From Blastocystis sp. Blastoise (taxonomy: Eukaryota > Protista > Bigyra: Opalinata), in NCBI GenBank assembly GCA_039096225.1, contig JBBPEB010000030.1, positions 620,001 through 684,000 on the forward strand: 64,000 nucleotides of DNA, read 5' to 3'. The notes under the pieces are model-generated. The model was not told the origin of the DNA, did not search any database, and saw only the letters and a list, made by a program, of their open reading frames with translations. Shown piece by piece: positions 29,489 to 44,400 of this stretch. The position numbers were made by a program, and so were the translations under genes. Numbering within the stretch: position 1 is the stretch's first letter; each line of letters begins with the position of its first letter.

Positions 29489-30802
29489 ATGGCTGATACT
29501 ACTGAACAAGTTCATTTATTTACTCCCTATACTATTAGAGGCTGTACTTTCCCTAATCGTCTCATGGTTCCTCCTATGTGTATTTTCTGCTCGGAAAATG
29601 GTTATGTGAATGATGGTCATATTGGTCAATATTTTAAATATGCTGACCTTGGTTTCGGAGGAATCATCATTGAAGCTACAGCTATTGTTCCACAAGGAAG
29701 AATATCACCTGCTGATTTAGGTTTATGGGATGATGACCATATTGAAGGATTCAAACGTTTAGCTAAACTTGCACATAATTTAGGAAGAAAAATTGGTATT
29801 CAATTAGATCATGCTGGTCGTAAAGCTTCTCCTAATCCTCATGGTGCTATAAAGGGAACTGATTCTGAAAAGACAGGTAAAGTAGAGTGGCAAATAGAAG
29901 GTCCTTCTGCTATTGCTTATGATAGTAATTCTGACGTTCCTCGTGAATTAACTCATGATGATATTAAACAAATAGTCAAAGCATTTGGTGATGCTGCTGA
30001 AAGAGCCGTAAAAGCTGGTCTTGATTTCATCGAAATTCATGGTGCTCATGGTTTCTTAATTCATGAATTTTTATCTCCTCTCAGTAATCAAAGAACTGAT
30101 GAGTATGTTATATGTTATATATATTATTTATATCAAAAATATAACTTTAAAAAATAATAATATTTATTTGAAAACATATTATAATATATATATATATATA
30201 TATAGATATGGTGGTAGTTATGAAAATCGTACTCGTCTTGTTAAAGAAGTTGCTGATGAAATAAGAAAGAGAATTCCTTCTACTATGCCCTTATTTGTTC
30301 GTATCAGTGCTACTGATTATGTTCAAGGAGGTTGGGATGTTGAACAATCTAAAGTATTATCAAAAGAATTATGTACAGAACATGGAGTAGATATTATTGA
30401 TATTAGTACTGCAGGTCTTTCTGCTGATCAAGTTATACCTCCTAATTGGGATCATCAATTATATATAGCTAAAGATATCCGTGAATCTGCTCATATTCAT
30501 AATACTTGTGTTGGTGGTATATGTGATGGAACAGTAGCCAATAAAATGATTACTGAAGGATATGCAGACTTTGTAGAAATTGGAAGAGCTCTCTTTAGAG
30601 ATGCTTTTGTTCCTAGACATGTTGCTCAAGATCTTAATGTATATATATATTATTATCTTTCTTTTTTGTTTTGTTATTTCTTTATTAATTTTATATTATT
30701 CTATTTATTACTATGAATATATTATTTTTATAGTTACCTGTTCCTGAATATCGTGCTCCTATTGCTTGGGGTACTCGTGTTCCTCGTCATAGCAAATACT
30801 AA
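29489..30802 (+). CDS. NADH:flavin oxidoreductase / Old Yellow Enzyme, YqjM-like, two introns
   Basis: LFTPYTIRGCTFPNRLMVPPMC, IIEATAIVPQGRIS, GIQLDHAGRKA, IEIHGAHGFLIHEFLSPLSNQRTDE|YGGSYENR, LFVRISATD, ADFVEIGRA. Confidence 0.93.
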
Positions 30803-31353
30803 ATAAATATTTATAGAATTCAAACATTTTTTTCGTCTTGTATAACAACATTTCATTGTCTTTCTTTAATGAGATATACTTTTAATTTTTCTTTACATGT
30901 TTTTCTTTCTCATTTATATATATTCTCTTTGCTATAGAACCAATTCATGTTATTCTTCTATTATTACAAGTCACATAATATTAATTCTTCGCATGTATAA
31001 ATAGTTTTGTTATAATGAGTATCATAAGATATGTAGCATGTACTAAATAACAAAATGAGTGCACAATAATTTTTTTTAAACAATCATGATCTAGATAAAA
31101 ACGAAATTTGAGATTAATTTTATTCTATCACAATTGTATATTCATAATTAACTATATTATATATATAAAACACCAAACATAGACATAGCATCATTTTTTA
31201 ATAGAAATCTTTATAATTATAAAAAATAAATAAAAATTATTATAAAATATAAAATTCAATTTATCAACTTGTTTTTTTCTTTTCTAATAATTTTTATTTA
31301 TTTAAAAACTCTGAATAATATATTATTAGTGTCTCCATAGTTAGATAAGTGAT

Positions 31354-34300
31354 ATGGAACTTGATCTTAAAAAGAATGACAACTTTTTTGAAGGTGTCAA
31401 ATTCTTCATTTTAGGAACAACATCCAGAAACCTATATAATAATGTCCAAACGATGGAGGGTATACTAGTGTCAAGAGGTGCAACTAAAGCTCCTTCACCG
31501 GCAAAAGCTACACACATTATTTGTGATAGTTCTGACTATCAACTAGCATTAAACCGATTAGAAGCACATTCATTTGCATCTCTTGTCACGCCACGATGGA
31601 TCTTTATGTCTGAAGCACTTCATAGTCGACTTCCCATTGTATTTTATTGTTTATTATTTTATTTAATATTATTATAATGATATACTATATAGAGACATTA
31701 CAGTCCTGATCCTTTCAAGATATTTTCGGGATGCGTTCTATGTTTTTATGGATTTTCTAGTGGATTACGACAAGTTTGTTCTGTTATAGCCAATCACAGA
31801 GGTGCTCAAGTATATAAATTCTCATTATTTCATATATTTTGTTGTTATAAGTGACTCGAAATAAGTTTTTTTTTATTATATAAATAATATATATGCTTTA
31901 TAGATTACTTCTGAATTAATTACTCAATGTACACATTGTATATGTGCTGATAATAAATATCCACCCTCTGATGAAATTACTCCTTATTCACAGATTCTAT
32001 TTGTAACTCAAGAATGGTTTGATACATGTATAGATAGAAATATATTAATAAAAGAAGAAGCAGAGTATTTAGTGAATATTCCAAGTCAAGGTATATTATT
32101 CTTTGTCTATATAATGTTTTAACTTAAAAAAAAATATTATTTTCTATTAATTATATATATATCTTACTATATTAATTAATTCTATATATGTATGTTATAT
32201 ATAATAAAGAGTATATATTAATATTCATTTTTTCTATACTTTTTTATAATGTATTTAATTCTCTATTCTTTATTATATATAAATAATATATTCCTCTATA
32301 TAGAAAGTGAATGTGATACTACAGTTGAATATGAAGAGGATGGAGTAACTAATTGGAAAGATAGTATTATATCCAACGTCAATCGATTATTTGAAATGGC
32401 ATCACCTTCTACAGGGAATGCATTCAAAGTATATTCTAGTTGTATTTTCTTTATTATTTTGATATATAGTTAGATATATATATATTTACGCTTGATATAT
32501 TTGAATATTTTTAAAATCATTATATATATATATACTTTTTCTAGGGAAAAGTGTTGATGCTCTTACCTACAGTTGATGTGTATATATATTTATTTTATTA
32601 TAATTATATTTATGATTATGATTCATTATGATTATAATTATGATTCTTATTCTTATTATATGAATATAATTATATATATATATCATATTTATAGACAAGA
32701 ACAGTTTTTTCTTCTTTATGCATTACAAAAAATGAATGGCACAATAATAAATGATACTAAAGTATCTAAACTTCTTGAATCCCCGTTATTATCTCCTGAT
32801 TCTTCTCTATCTCTTCCTTCATCATTAGATTATAAAAGTGACGATGAAGAAGAAGAAGATGATTATACATATACTAATACAGATGATATTAACTCTAATT
32901 CATATAATTCAACAAGAAATACTGTATCCAATAATACTAGTAATCTAACTATTAACGGAAATTCATCTATCTCTAAAGTTTATAATAATAATAATAATAA
33001 TTTGGTTAATAATAATAATAATGCTACTATTACTTTATCTTCTCCACATATATCTTCTATATCCTCTACTCCTATAACAAAAAAGAAACGTCTTATTCCT
33101 ACTTCGTCTTTAATCTCTTCTCAAGATAAACATAAAATATCTTCTATTTCTTTTTCTTCTGATGATGACTTAGATACATCTCTCAATTCATCCATAAATA
33201 ATGTTCTTCAGGACATAGATACTTTAGAATCACAAGAATCTCTTACTGAACCTAACAAGTCTCTTCCTACGCATATTATATCACCCTATATACGAGAAGA
33301 ACAGAAAAAACGTATTACATTCGACAATTGTCAGTTTTTAACTCCCATATGGCTCTATTCATGCATCGACTCTCTTAAATATCCTTTTCATTTATGTTTT
33401 ACTATTATAATACTTGTTATCATGATTATTATAATTTTTATAATGTTTATTATTATTATGTTTTTATAACAAATTATTATTATGATTATTATTATGATTA
33501 TTATTTGATTATTTTAATATTTACTATAATATTTATAATAATATTTATAATAATATTTATTATAATGTCTATTCTAATGTTTTTATTACAATAATTCTAA
33601 TAATAATTATCAAATTGTTTCTATGTCTATTCTAATATGTTTTTTATAATTATTTTATTTTGATATCTATTTTAACAAAATAGCAATCTTAACATATATA
33701 CATATATTGATCCATCACAAGTATCTAAATATGATCAAATTCTTTATCGACCACCTCCTGCGTATATATATAACTCCATTTTCATAATCTTTTTCTATAG
33801 TATCTTATTCCATATAATTATAATAAACATATATTCTATCTATATACTATTTCACCTAGTTCTAATAGTTATATAGTACTAATACTATAATTTTATAGTC
33901 CTTTTATTCCATCCATGCGTTCTCTTGTTATTTCTATAAGTGGATTTTCCACAGATACTTCTCCCAGTCGTGATAACTTGAAATGTGCTATTGATATATT
34001 AGGTGCATGCTATATGGGACCTTTATCGAAGAAACATACTACTCATCTTATATGTAATAATAAATATAGGTATATATATATATATAGTTTTATTGAATTT
34101 TATTGAACTTTATGAATTATCTTATTTTTACATTCTTTCTTTATATATATATGTTATATACATACATATAAAAATATAGTGAAAAAGCAATAAATGCATG
34201 CTCTTGGCCTTCTAAAGTACATATCGTAACATCTGATTGGATATTCGACTGCTTAAGCCAATGGAAACACTTGAAAGAAGAAGATTATCAACTCCATTTT

Positions 34301-37300
34301 GATCAGTCCGAAAACGATTGTTTAGAGAATTCATTAGAAAAATGTATATATATATATTAATGTCACGTGTCAAAACACTAATTATTCATTTTTTATTAAT
34401 CCTTTAGCTTTTTTATGATTCTTTAAATAGTTCTATATATCTATATATAGTAACTCCTTCTATCGCTATTACTCAACCTCCTCCTCTTCCTTCTCCTTCT
34501 TCTTCTCTCTCTATTCCTCCTGTTTTTTCTAATTATGCTCCATCTCCTCTATCCAATCAATCTTCATCACATGCGATGACGCATTCTAAAGATTCAGAAG
34601 AACATGATATACATTTAGAAAACACAATAGATACTGAAACGAATTCTACATTAAATATTAATATTAATCAAAATATTGAAAACACTAATAAGAATGAAGA
34701 ACAAGCTAGTATGACTAGTATCACTAATGAAAATAGAATTATACTTGACAAACAACATATGTCTCCTTCTGTTTCTCCTATTCTTCCAAATCTTTCTCTC
34801 TCTACTAGAAATATATCTAATAAACAATCTCTTGTAAATTCTTCCATTTTAGATCTTAATAGTTCTATAAATGAAAGAACTAAAGAAAATCATGAATTAT
34901 ATACAAATATGGATAATACTCTATGTTTAAATGATAGTCACTGTATTTTAGAACAACAACATTCATCTATACATCCAAAATCTTTAAATGATTCGAATAA
35001 TACAACAACAACAACTACTACTACTTCTTCAAGTACATCTCTATCTATATCAAATACAATAAATACATCTTCAATAAAGAATACATGTCCACTTTCTCCT
35101 TTAAAATCACTTCCTCCTTATCCTCCTTCTCCTTCTCTTTCATCTATTACATATAACTCACATATCTATCCTAATGAATCTAATATATACTCTAAGGAAA
35201 GTCATAATTTAACAAACTCTGTAAATGATATCAATTCATTGTCTCAATCCCCATCACCACCAAAATGTCCCATAGTAACAACAAAGAAAATACAATTATT
35301 CTCAAAAAACAAGAAAGGTAATACTAATAATTTTGGGAATAATAATAATGGTGGTATTAATAATAATAATGGTGGTATTAATAATAATAATAATAACAAT
35401 AATTTTCTTCCTGGCTATCCTGATCCACCTCCATCACTTTTATTATTAACAAAGAAATTTCAACAACAAAAACCATCACAACAGCCACAACAACCACAAC
35501 AGCCACAACAACAACTTCAGTCTCATATAATATCTGTTGTGGATGATCAACATTCCTCTCTTTCTCCTTTAGTAAAAACATCAACGTCTATTTCAATACT
35601 ATCCAATACAGCTAATTCTATATCTTCATCTCCTTCTACTTCTTATAAATTAGAGAAAAACATTCCTCAAGTTTCACAAATTCCTATAAATAATTCGAAT
35701 GATACTTCTTCTGTAATCACAGAATCAACATTGACTCCTTCTTCTAAGAAATGTAATATAGATGATAAAATAAACTCTAATACTTGTATAGATAACAATA
35801 AAGATTCTTTATTAATTCATACACCTCAAAAACTACAAAATAAAAAACGACAATCTCTTTCTCTTTCTCCTTTTTCTCCTTTTTCTCCATCTTTCTCTTC
35901 AGCTTCTCATACTAAAAATGGATCTAGAAGAGAAAGTTTTAGTCAAGGATTATTAAATCATATTAAGGGAATAGATTTCACTTCTATAAGTGATGATGAT
36001 GAATTAGAACAAACATTATTTGAAATTGAAAGTGATACATCGACAGTAAATACACCTATAAAACCATTAGTATCTATACATAAGAATATACAGAAGGATA
36101 ACTTAGAAAGATCTATAGATATACATAGTATGGATATATCTATAGGAGACAATTCATTCCTTGAGAGTAGTCTTCTTTCTACAGAAAACACCGTACCTAC
36201 TGTTTGTACGGATAACGATGATCATTCGAAGGATACTAAACAATCAGAGAGTGTGATTCCTATAGATCATCATAGAATATCCAATAATAATATGCAAGTA
36301 TCATCAGTCAGTGATATTCTTCCTCAATCAAATATACATCCTTCTTTTATACCTAAACAATTAATTACTATAAATAATAATAATCAAGACTCTATAAAGA
36401 ATAATAACAATGAAACTATTATTAAAGATAAACAGTATGATGAAAGTAAGAATATAAAGCCTACTATTATTGATAACAAAAATACTAGTGATTCTGAAAT
36501 ACCCAACATAAATGATGATTATTCTTTGAAATTATCTACCATTCCTGAAGAATCTATAGATAGTTTATCTGTGCAAAGTGGAAACATTCTCTCTAAAAAA
36601 GTCAATTCACAAGAAACATGTAAATCTTCAGAGAATAGTATAGACATTATGTGTTCATCTATAGAGAAATCTATATCTATTCATGAATCTGATATTATCA
36701 ATACAAATATAAAACCTATATTAATATCTTCTAAAAATATAAATGACAATAATGATCATTCTATTCTTGATGAATCTAGTAATATGATTAACAAAGAGCA
36801 AATTAATAATAAACAATTGATTTCCAATGAATTCAGTATTGCGAATCACGTTATATTACAGTCATCTAAAGAAAACTCAGTTTCAAATCCATTGTTATAT
36901 ATAGATCATTTAAATATGGATAATTCAAATGTATATTTAGAACTTAATAATACTAATAATGTAGATTCAAATACGAAATTAAATAAGTCTCTAAATATAG
37001 AACATATGAATCATGAGCAAAATAAACATTATTCAAAAGAACAAACAAATGACAATAATGTATCATATAATATTGATAATGACACGTTCGACAGTAATGA
37101 TATGCTCAAAGAGCACTCAGTTTCTAAAACACAATCCCTTAAGGACTCAGCTGTTCCTTTATATAAAAGTCATAATGATTCAATATTAACTACTCATTCT
37201 TCTTCTACAGTACATACTCTTTCATCACCTGTATCCTCTAAAAATATTAAGAAAAACTCGACTGTTCCTATTTCATGTATATATCCGACTATTTCTATTG

Positions 37301-37906
37301 ATACGTCAGCAACATTAACGGATGAAACAATAACATCAATATCCAAGGAACCTCAAGTATCTTCTACTCTTTCTAAACGCAATCAAATAATTGAAAAGCA
37401 TGATACTAAAGAGAATAAGGATAAGAATATTAATATAGATATAGATATGGAAAATAATCCTAGTCAACTTTTAATAATAAAAAAGAATAATAAAGAAGAG
37501 AATAATAAAGAAGGAAATAATAAAGAAATAGATATAGATACATATAATAAAAACCAAGTGTCTACTCCAATATATGCGAATAACACAACTATTCTATCCA
37601 CTGTATCTAGTAGTTCTACTAATAATATTAATTCCATTAATAGAATTGATAATATATGTATATCTACTTTTAATGAGTTGAATAAACCTACAGATTCTTC
37701 GATATATGAATATCCATTAAAAACATTATCTCTATCTTGTGATATAGAAACAGATGATGATTCTGAAGATCCTTTATTTGAAGAAACAATAAATAGTATA
37801 ACTAAACAACAGAGTGATACTAATTCATCAGATATTAACAAATATCAGAAAACGAAGAATTCTTTAAATTCCATAGAATCTAAAGTATATGAAGATCTAG
37901 AAACTG

Positions 37907-37998
<92 letters not shown>

Positions 37999-40553
37999 CA
38001 TAATAATGAAGACCATTGTATGAATAGAAATACTGAATTAAAGAGATCTAACGATATAAGTTCAGTGACAACACAAAATGTATATTCTTCAAATAAAACT
38101 ATGAATGAAATAATTAATAAGAATGATATCTGTGATACTTCAAATGGAGGAATAAGAAAGAAAAGGATATATATAGGGAATGACATAATACCAAAGCGAA
38201 AGAATAACGATATAAATGATACTATTAGTGATATTATAAAGTCTAATACTATTCGTAATCAGTTGAATGTGACTAATACATTAGATATAAAAGAGGAAGA
38301 AGAAGATAAATTAGTAAATGAGAATAATGTAATGAAAGCAGGAAAAGAGGAAGAAGAAGATAACTTAGTAACAGAAATTGATAGTATTAAGAGAACAAAA
38401 GAAGAAGAAGAAGAAGAAAGAATTCGAAGAAAAGTAGAAGAGCGAATTAGAGAAGAAGAAAAACGATTACAGAAAGAAAAAGAGCGATTAAAGAAAGAAG
38501 AAGAGAGATTACGAAAGGAAGCAGAACGTTTAAGAATAGCTGAAGAAGAACGACAAAAGCAATTAAAAGAAATGGCTTTATATAAAAGAAATGATGATAT
38601 TTATTATTCTACTCTCTATGACTCAGTTGAGAATAATTCAAAAGACTTAAGAAGATCTATAGATCAAAAAGAAGAAAAGAAATCAATAGACTATGTTCTT
38701 TCTGCTAAGAATAACTTTACAAATCAGTCTGAAGATAATCATGATTATAATAACTCTAATGATAGTATAAAGAATCATGAAGAGATTGTAGTATCAAATA
38801 CAAATAAGAATAATAAGGATAATAATAAGAATAGTCAGATTTCTGCTTCAAGTACTACTTTAAATGAAGATAATATGAATATGAATATGAATATGAATAT
38901 GAATATGAATACACAAATACTTCCAACTACAGATCATAAACGAAAATCTATAGAATCATTAACACCAATAAATAAAAAGAAAAGGAAAACAATTGAGAAG
39001 GTTATGAATGATTATACGAGTTCAGATACTTATTCTTCTCCTGCGAATAATCACGGGAATCAAGACATTCAAAAAGATGAAAATAAACAAATCAATGATG
39101 ATTCTTTAGTAATAAAAGAAGAAGAAGAAGAAGAAATAGGGAATACGAATAACGAAGAAACTGTCTCATTAACAGAGAATCCAAAGTATATATATATAAT
39201 ATATTAAATATTAATATATGTCTTTTATTATTATGTATATATATCAATTATTATAAGATATTTTATTGTCTATATATATATATATATATAGGTATTTCAT
39301 ATTGAGTGGTGATCCAAAGACACGTAATTCTAGTATAAAAACAATCGAATCACTACATGGATGTGTTTTAGAAGACGGACATAAGTATATTTATATAATA
39401 TTTTATATATTTGTTGAATGAATTATATGTTTTCTATTGACTTAATTAAAATCATAATTATTCAAAGAATAATCATTCTGTTCTTTATAAATAGTCATTT
39501 TATACTTTATTCTACTATATATATATCCTATTTTTCTATCCTTTCATTTTATTTCTAGTTATAATATATTAACAACTCATTATATTTTACCTGAATTACG
39601 TCGAACGGAGAAGTTGCTAGGGACATTAGCGAGTGGTCAATGGATATTAACTCCTGATTATTTGACTCAATGTAAAAAACAAAAACAATGGGTAAAAGAA
39701 GAAGACTATGAATGGAAACAAGGGATTCCCGGGGTTATTTCAGATAATATTTGTAGTTATTGGAGACATAATCAAGGGAATGCATTTCTTGATTTCCAGT
39801 ATATATATTTTATATTATATATATATGAAGATGAATTTAATTTATGAATAGATTAACTTATTTCTATTATTATTATTTAATATTTAATTCTTATATATAT
39901 ATATGAATCATTTTATATTTTATATATATATAGTATTGTTCTATTTGGAAGTGACATGACACCCCCTGTAGATTTCCTTTGCCGCGTTATTTCCGCGGGA
40001 AATGGTCATTGCTATCAAGCATCCTTACCTAAACATACTGTGAATATTCCTATTAATGTATATATATATATATATAATATCAACAAATAAAATAGATTCT
40101 TTATATCTATCCATATATTATGTATATATATACTTTTTCAAAAATATGATTAAAAAATACTCATTTTTAAACACTATTTTATCCTATATAATATTATATA
40201 TTTTCTAAAGGAAGCTAAAGATGTTAAACATATCATAGTGGTGTCCGATAAAGTGAAACGTAATAATAAAACTATATGTAGTTGTATTGAAAAAGGATAT
40301 TATTGTGTCAGATCTGCATATATATCCTTTTATATATATATATATTTTATTTTTATTATATATATTATCTTTTATTACATATATATATATATATATATAT
40401 TTATTAAATATTTAATATCATGTTAATTAAATATATATTTATTTTTTAGTATAAATTATAGTTTACATATAATATCTTTAATCATTATACATTTTAGATT
40501 ATCTAAGTCAATATCCACATCCTGATATACATAATTATATAAAATTTGAGTAG
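31354..40553 (+). CDS. Multi-BRCT DNA-damage scaffold (PTIP/Brc1/Rtt107- or TOPBP1-like) with ~1550-aa low-complexity linker
   Basis: About four N-terminal BRCTs (ATHIIC..VTPRW; YSPDPFKIFSG..CTHCIC..VTQEW; THIIS..LTPIW; ISISGF..TTHLIC..VTSDW) and a C-terminal pair (TTHIILPELRRTEKLLGTLASGQWILTPDYLTQC..EEDYEW). Confidence 0.8.
37909..37996 (+). repeat. (AAT)n coding poly-Asn tract
   Basis: About 29 Asn codons in the BRCT-protein linker. Confidence 0.9.
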
Positions 40554-41401
40554 TAAATATCGCTTATAATAAAACATATTTTGTTTGTATTTTCCACTTT
40601 TTCTTGAAGAATTATGTTTTATTTATTTCTTTTTGTCTTTTTATGATTTAGAATCATTTCAATTTTGATTATTGCTTTTCTTCTTTGTATTACTTATTAT
40701 ATATGAAGGTACATTATGCCATGTTTCCAATGTAAATTAAAAAACTTTTATTTTTTTAATAAAAAACTAATGATAATAACATCAGAGTTACATTTGACTA
40801 AGAGGAACTGTAATGATGGAATGAAAAAAGACAATATAAATGGAATATCCAAAAATTTTTCTTTATCATTATGACATTATAGAATAACTAGACACTTGAA
40901 ACCTTATTTAAGATATTGAAAGATAGGTAAATCAACTTATACTTGAGTTTTTACTTATAATAAACGAAATAAAAATAATATAGGCTAGTCTGAAAAGGGA
41001 AACTAGTCTGAAGTTTGAATTTTGAATGATTTATAATTAGTTAAGAGTATCCTGATGAACTAAAGAAGTGTTCCAACAGAGAAAGCAATAAATCTATCAC
41101 TTATTAAGATAGTAAGACAGATAATAATGAAATGACATAAATGAATCTTAATACATTTAATAGCACAGGATACTCATGGATGTTGCAATGAGTATACGAA
41201 TATGAAAAAAGGTAAAGACATCATCTGCATTGAATGAATTCCAAATAAAAATCAGTATATTTCTGTAAAATCAGGAGAGAAAAAAACAAAGGGAAAAACA
41301 AAACAGCCAACCAGAAATAGTTGGTTTTCCATGTTTATTTTACAAAAAGTTGGAATTGTTTTTCTAAAAACTACACACAGATATTTTATAATAAATACGA
41401 A

Positions 41402-44400
41402 ATGAAAGCTATTGCTGTTGTTTTTCTCTTTCTTGTGATCGGTATAGACTTTCTTACTTAATGATCTCTATGATTTATAGGAATTTCAGCGCAAAGTTGT
41501 GGGTTTCCAAAACAAAATGTGTCTTTTCGATGGATGAATGGGCTGAAAGAAAGTCAGAAGAACATTGAGATATTCGAGGAACATGATTCTACAAGTATAC
41601 GTATCTTTCACATTCAGTCAGATCAATTACTGTCACAATCGAGTATTGAATTGTGTTTGAAACCTATGTTACATTCGTTGCGTGTGAAATCAAAGTATAT
41701 TTTGCATAAAATTACTTCGTCTATGTATTTTTTTCTTATCCATTAGTGTTATTATGGATACTTTTGATGATTTTGTTATAAGTATTTATGTTTTTGAGTC
41801 TTTACTGGTTCAGAAAAGTCTTGGCTATTCACGTAGTGAATATATTACATTTGATCGTATGCTTTATATATATGTATTTTCATGTTTTGTGTTTTATTTT
41901 AAAAATTAAATATTGTTTTACAAAATATTATGTTTATTTTAATATATGTATATATATATTTTAAATATATATATTTTAAATAATTACTATTTATATATTT
42001 AAAAAAAAATCATTAAATTAACAACAAAGTTATATATATATTAAATATATATGTTTCTATAGCATATCCTTATATAAATTCAAATACACAATTTCGATAT
42101 ACAACGGATCAAATTGTAGAAAATGATTGGAATACTATTTCTTATGATGATTCTGATTGGATACAAGGATATCATAATTCTCTTCATTCATTTTCTTCTT
42201 CTGTACGTTATTATCGTATTCAATTGAAAAAATCAGATATTCATGATTATAATACTTTTGATATAGATATTATTTCTCAATATGGTATGATATTTTATAT
42301 TAATGGTATAGAATTATTCAAGAAAAACATGATTTTAAAGAATGTTTCTTCTTCTTCTTCTTCTTCTATATATACTTTATCTCCTTCTGTATTGAATACA
42401 ACTAGTTGTCCTATCCACATACATTATAGTGGATCACTTCAAATATATAATATATATGCCTATAATACTACTCTATCTACGGATTTCAATGATAATACTT
42501 CATCTATAAATCTATATGATTCTATTATCTTTGGATTTGAAGTTCATATTCCATTTAATAATGTCCCTTCACATGATCCTTTTAATGTAACCCTTCTATT
42601 TCATACAAATCAATATACAGAACAGTTAATAAATAAATCATTACATGCATCTACTATTATTGAAAATATATATTTCCCGTTTAATATTGAACCGTTATTA
42701 GCTCCTAATGATACTTCTTATATATTAATAAATAAAGGACATCGTTTACATCTACATTATTCTTTAGTAGAAGATTATTATGAATATATTAATACAATTA
42801 GTATTACAAATGGATTATTCACAAATATAACATTACTATTTACTTTATATGGTATACATAATAATACTCAAGAAATCCTTTTATCTTCTATACCTATTAC
42901 TTTTACTTCTTCCTATCAAACATTATATACAAATATACCTTCAAATATATATAGTTATTCTTGTTATATACTTGTTATCCAATCAGAAACAAATGATTCC
43001 TTTGATATCAATTCTATACATTTCTATATAGATTCTTTATTATCATATATACCTTCTTTCCGTTATGAGTATGAATCTTATTTATTTTATGTTTATCAAA
43101 CAATTCCTCCTTTATTACCTATATCCTCAGGTTATTCTCATTATTCTATATTTCAAGTAAATGGCATGAGTATACAACAATTATTACTTTCTGTAGGTCT
43201 TTCTTTTTCAACTTCTTCAGGTATGTTTACAGGTACTTGTATTGATATATTTGATCGAGATATTACTATTGCTGCTTATAAGAAAGATTCAACTGAATTA
43301 GCTATACATAAAATACATATTACTATTGTATATCCATCTTTATCTGAAGGAATGCTAATAGAAATAGAAACTACTTCAAATCCTCTTTATATACCCAATT
43401 CTCTATCTTATACATTTTATTCTCCTTCTATTAATTATACACGTACTACATCTCTATCGAAAAGACAATCTTCTTCTTCTTTATATTCTATACCTTATTC
43501 GTTATATCAACTTGATTTCTATAATGATTATAAAAATGATCAATTCTCTTTTAATACTCTTAATACTCATTATACATTCTCAATATCTTTACATTTATAT
43601 CAACATAAAATTCCATTATTTATTACGAATACTATTAACTATAATAATAATAATAAATATAATAATAAATATAATAATAAATATAATAATAAAGATACTT
43701 CTGATACCCTTCTTAATTTACAGTATAGTATATCTCCTTATGATAATAATACATTATGTTTTATTCCTAAGACTATAAGTACTCCTATGAATAATTGGTA
43801 TTTCATGAATTATACAGAAACTTCTCCTTGGTATAATTGCTTTAAAGAATATTCAAATAATAATAATGTGAAAGAAATCTATTTACGAAATCTATTTTCT
43901 ATATCAAATATATACTTTTATTCTTCAGTTGAATTCTTTATAATGAATTTACCAATTGAAGATATCTATATAAATGAAAAAAATATTCATGATTATATAT
44001 ATCTTTCAGAAGATACATCAAATTCTTCATATTTAAGATTTATTATGAATATAAATATATTTAAAGAAGGTATAAATATAATTGGTATTCATTTATCAAC
44101 ACAAAATCAACTTCAATTCTTTAATCGTCAAAATAGTATATCTATTAATGATATTTTATATTATATACGATTCAATAAAAATCCTATTCTTAATAATGAA
44201 AAAGGATCTCTTTCTTTTCATTATATATATTCTTCTCCTATTTCATCTTTTGATAAGTCCAGTATTACTAGTAATAGTAATAATATTAATCAATTAAATA
44301 ATAATAATAATTTAAATAATTATAATAATTTAAATAATAATAATAATTTAAATAATAATAATAATTTAAATAATAATAATAATTTAAATAATAATAATAA

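Noticed and set aside
40983-41013. Direct repeat CTAGTCTGAA x2 in intergenic DNA
   Set aside because: Only two short copies with no associated structure; not a CRISPR array or element end.
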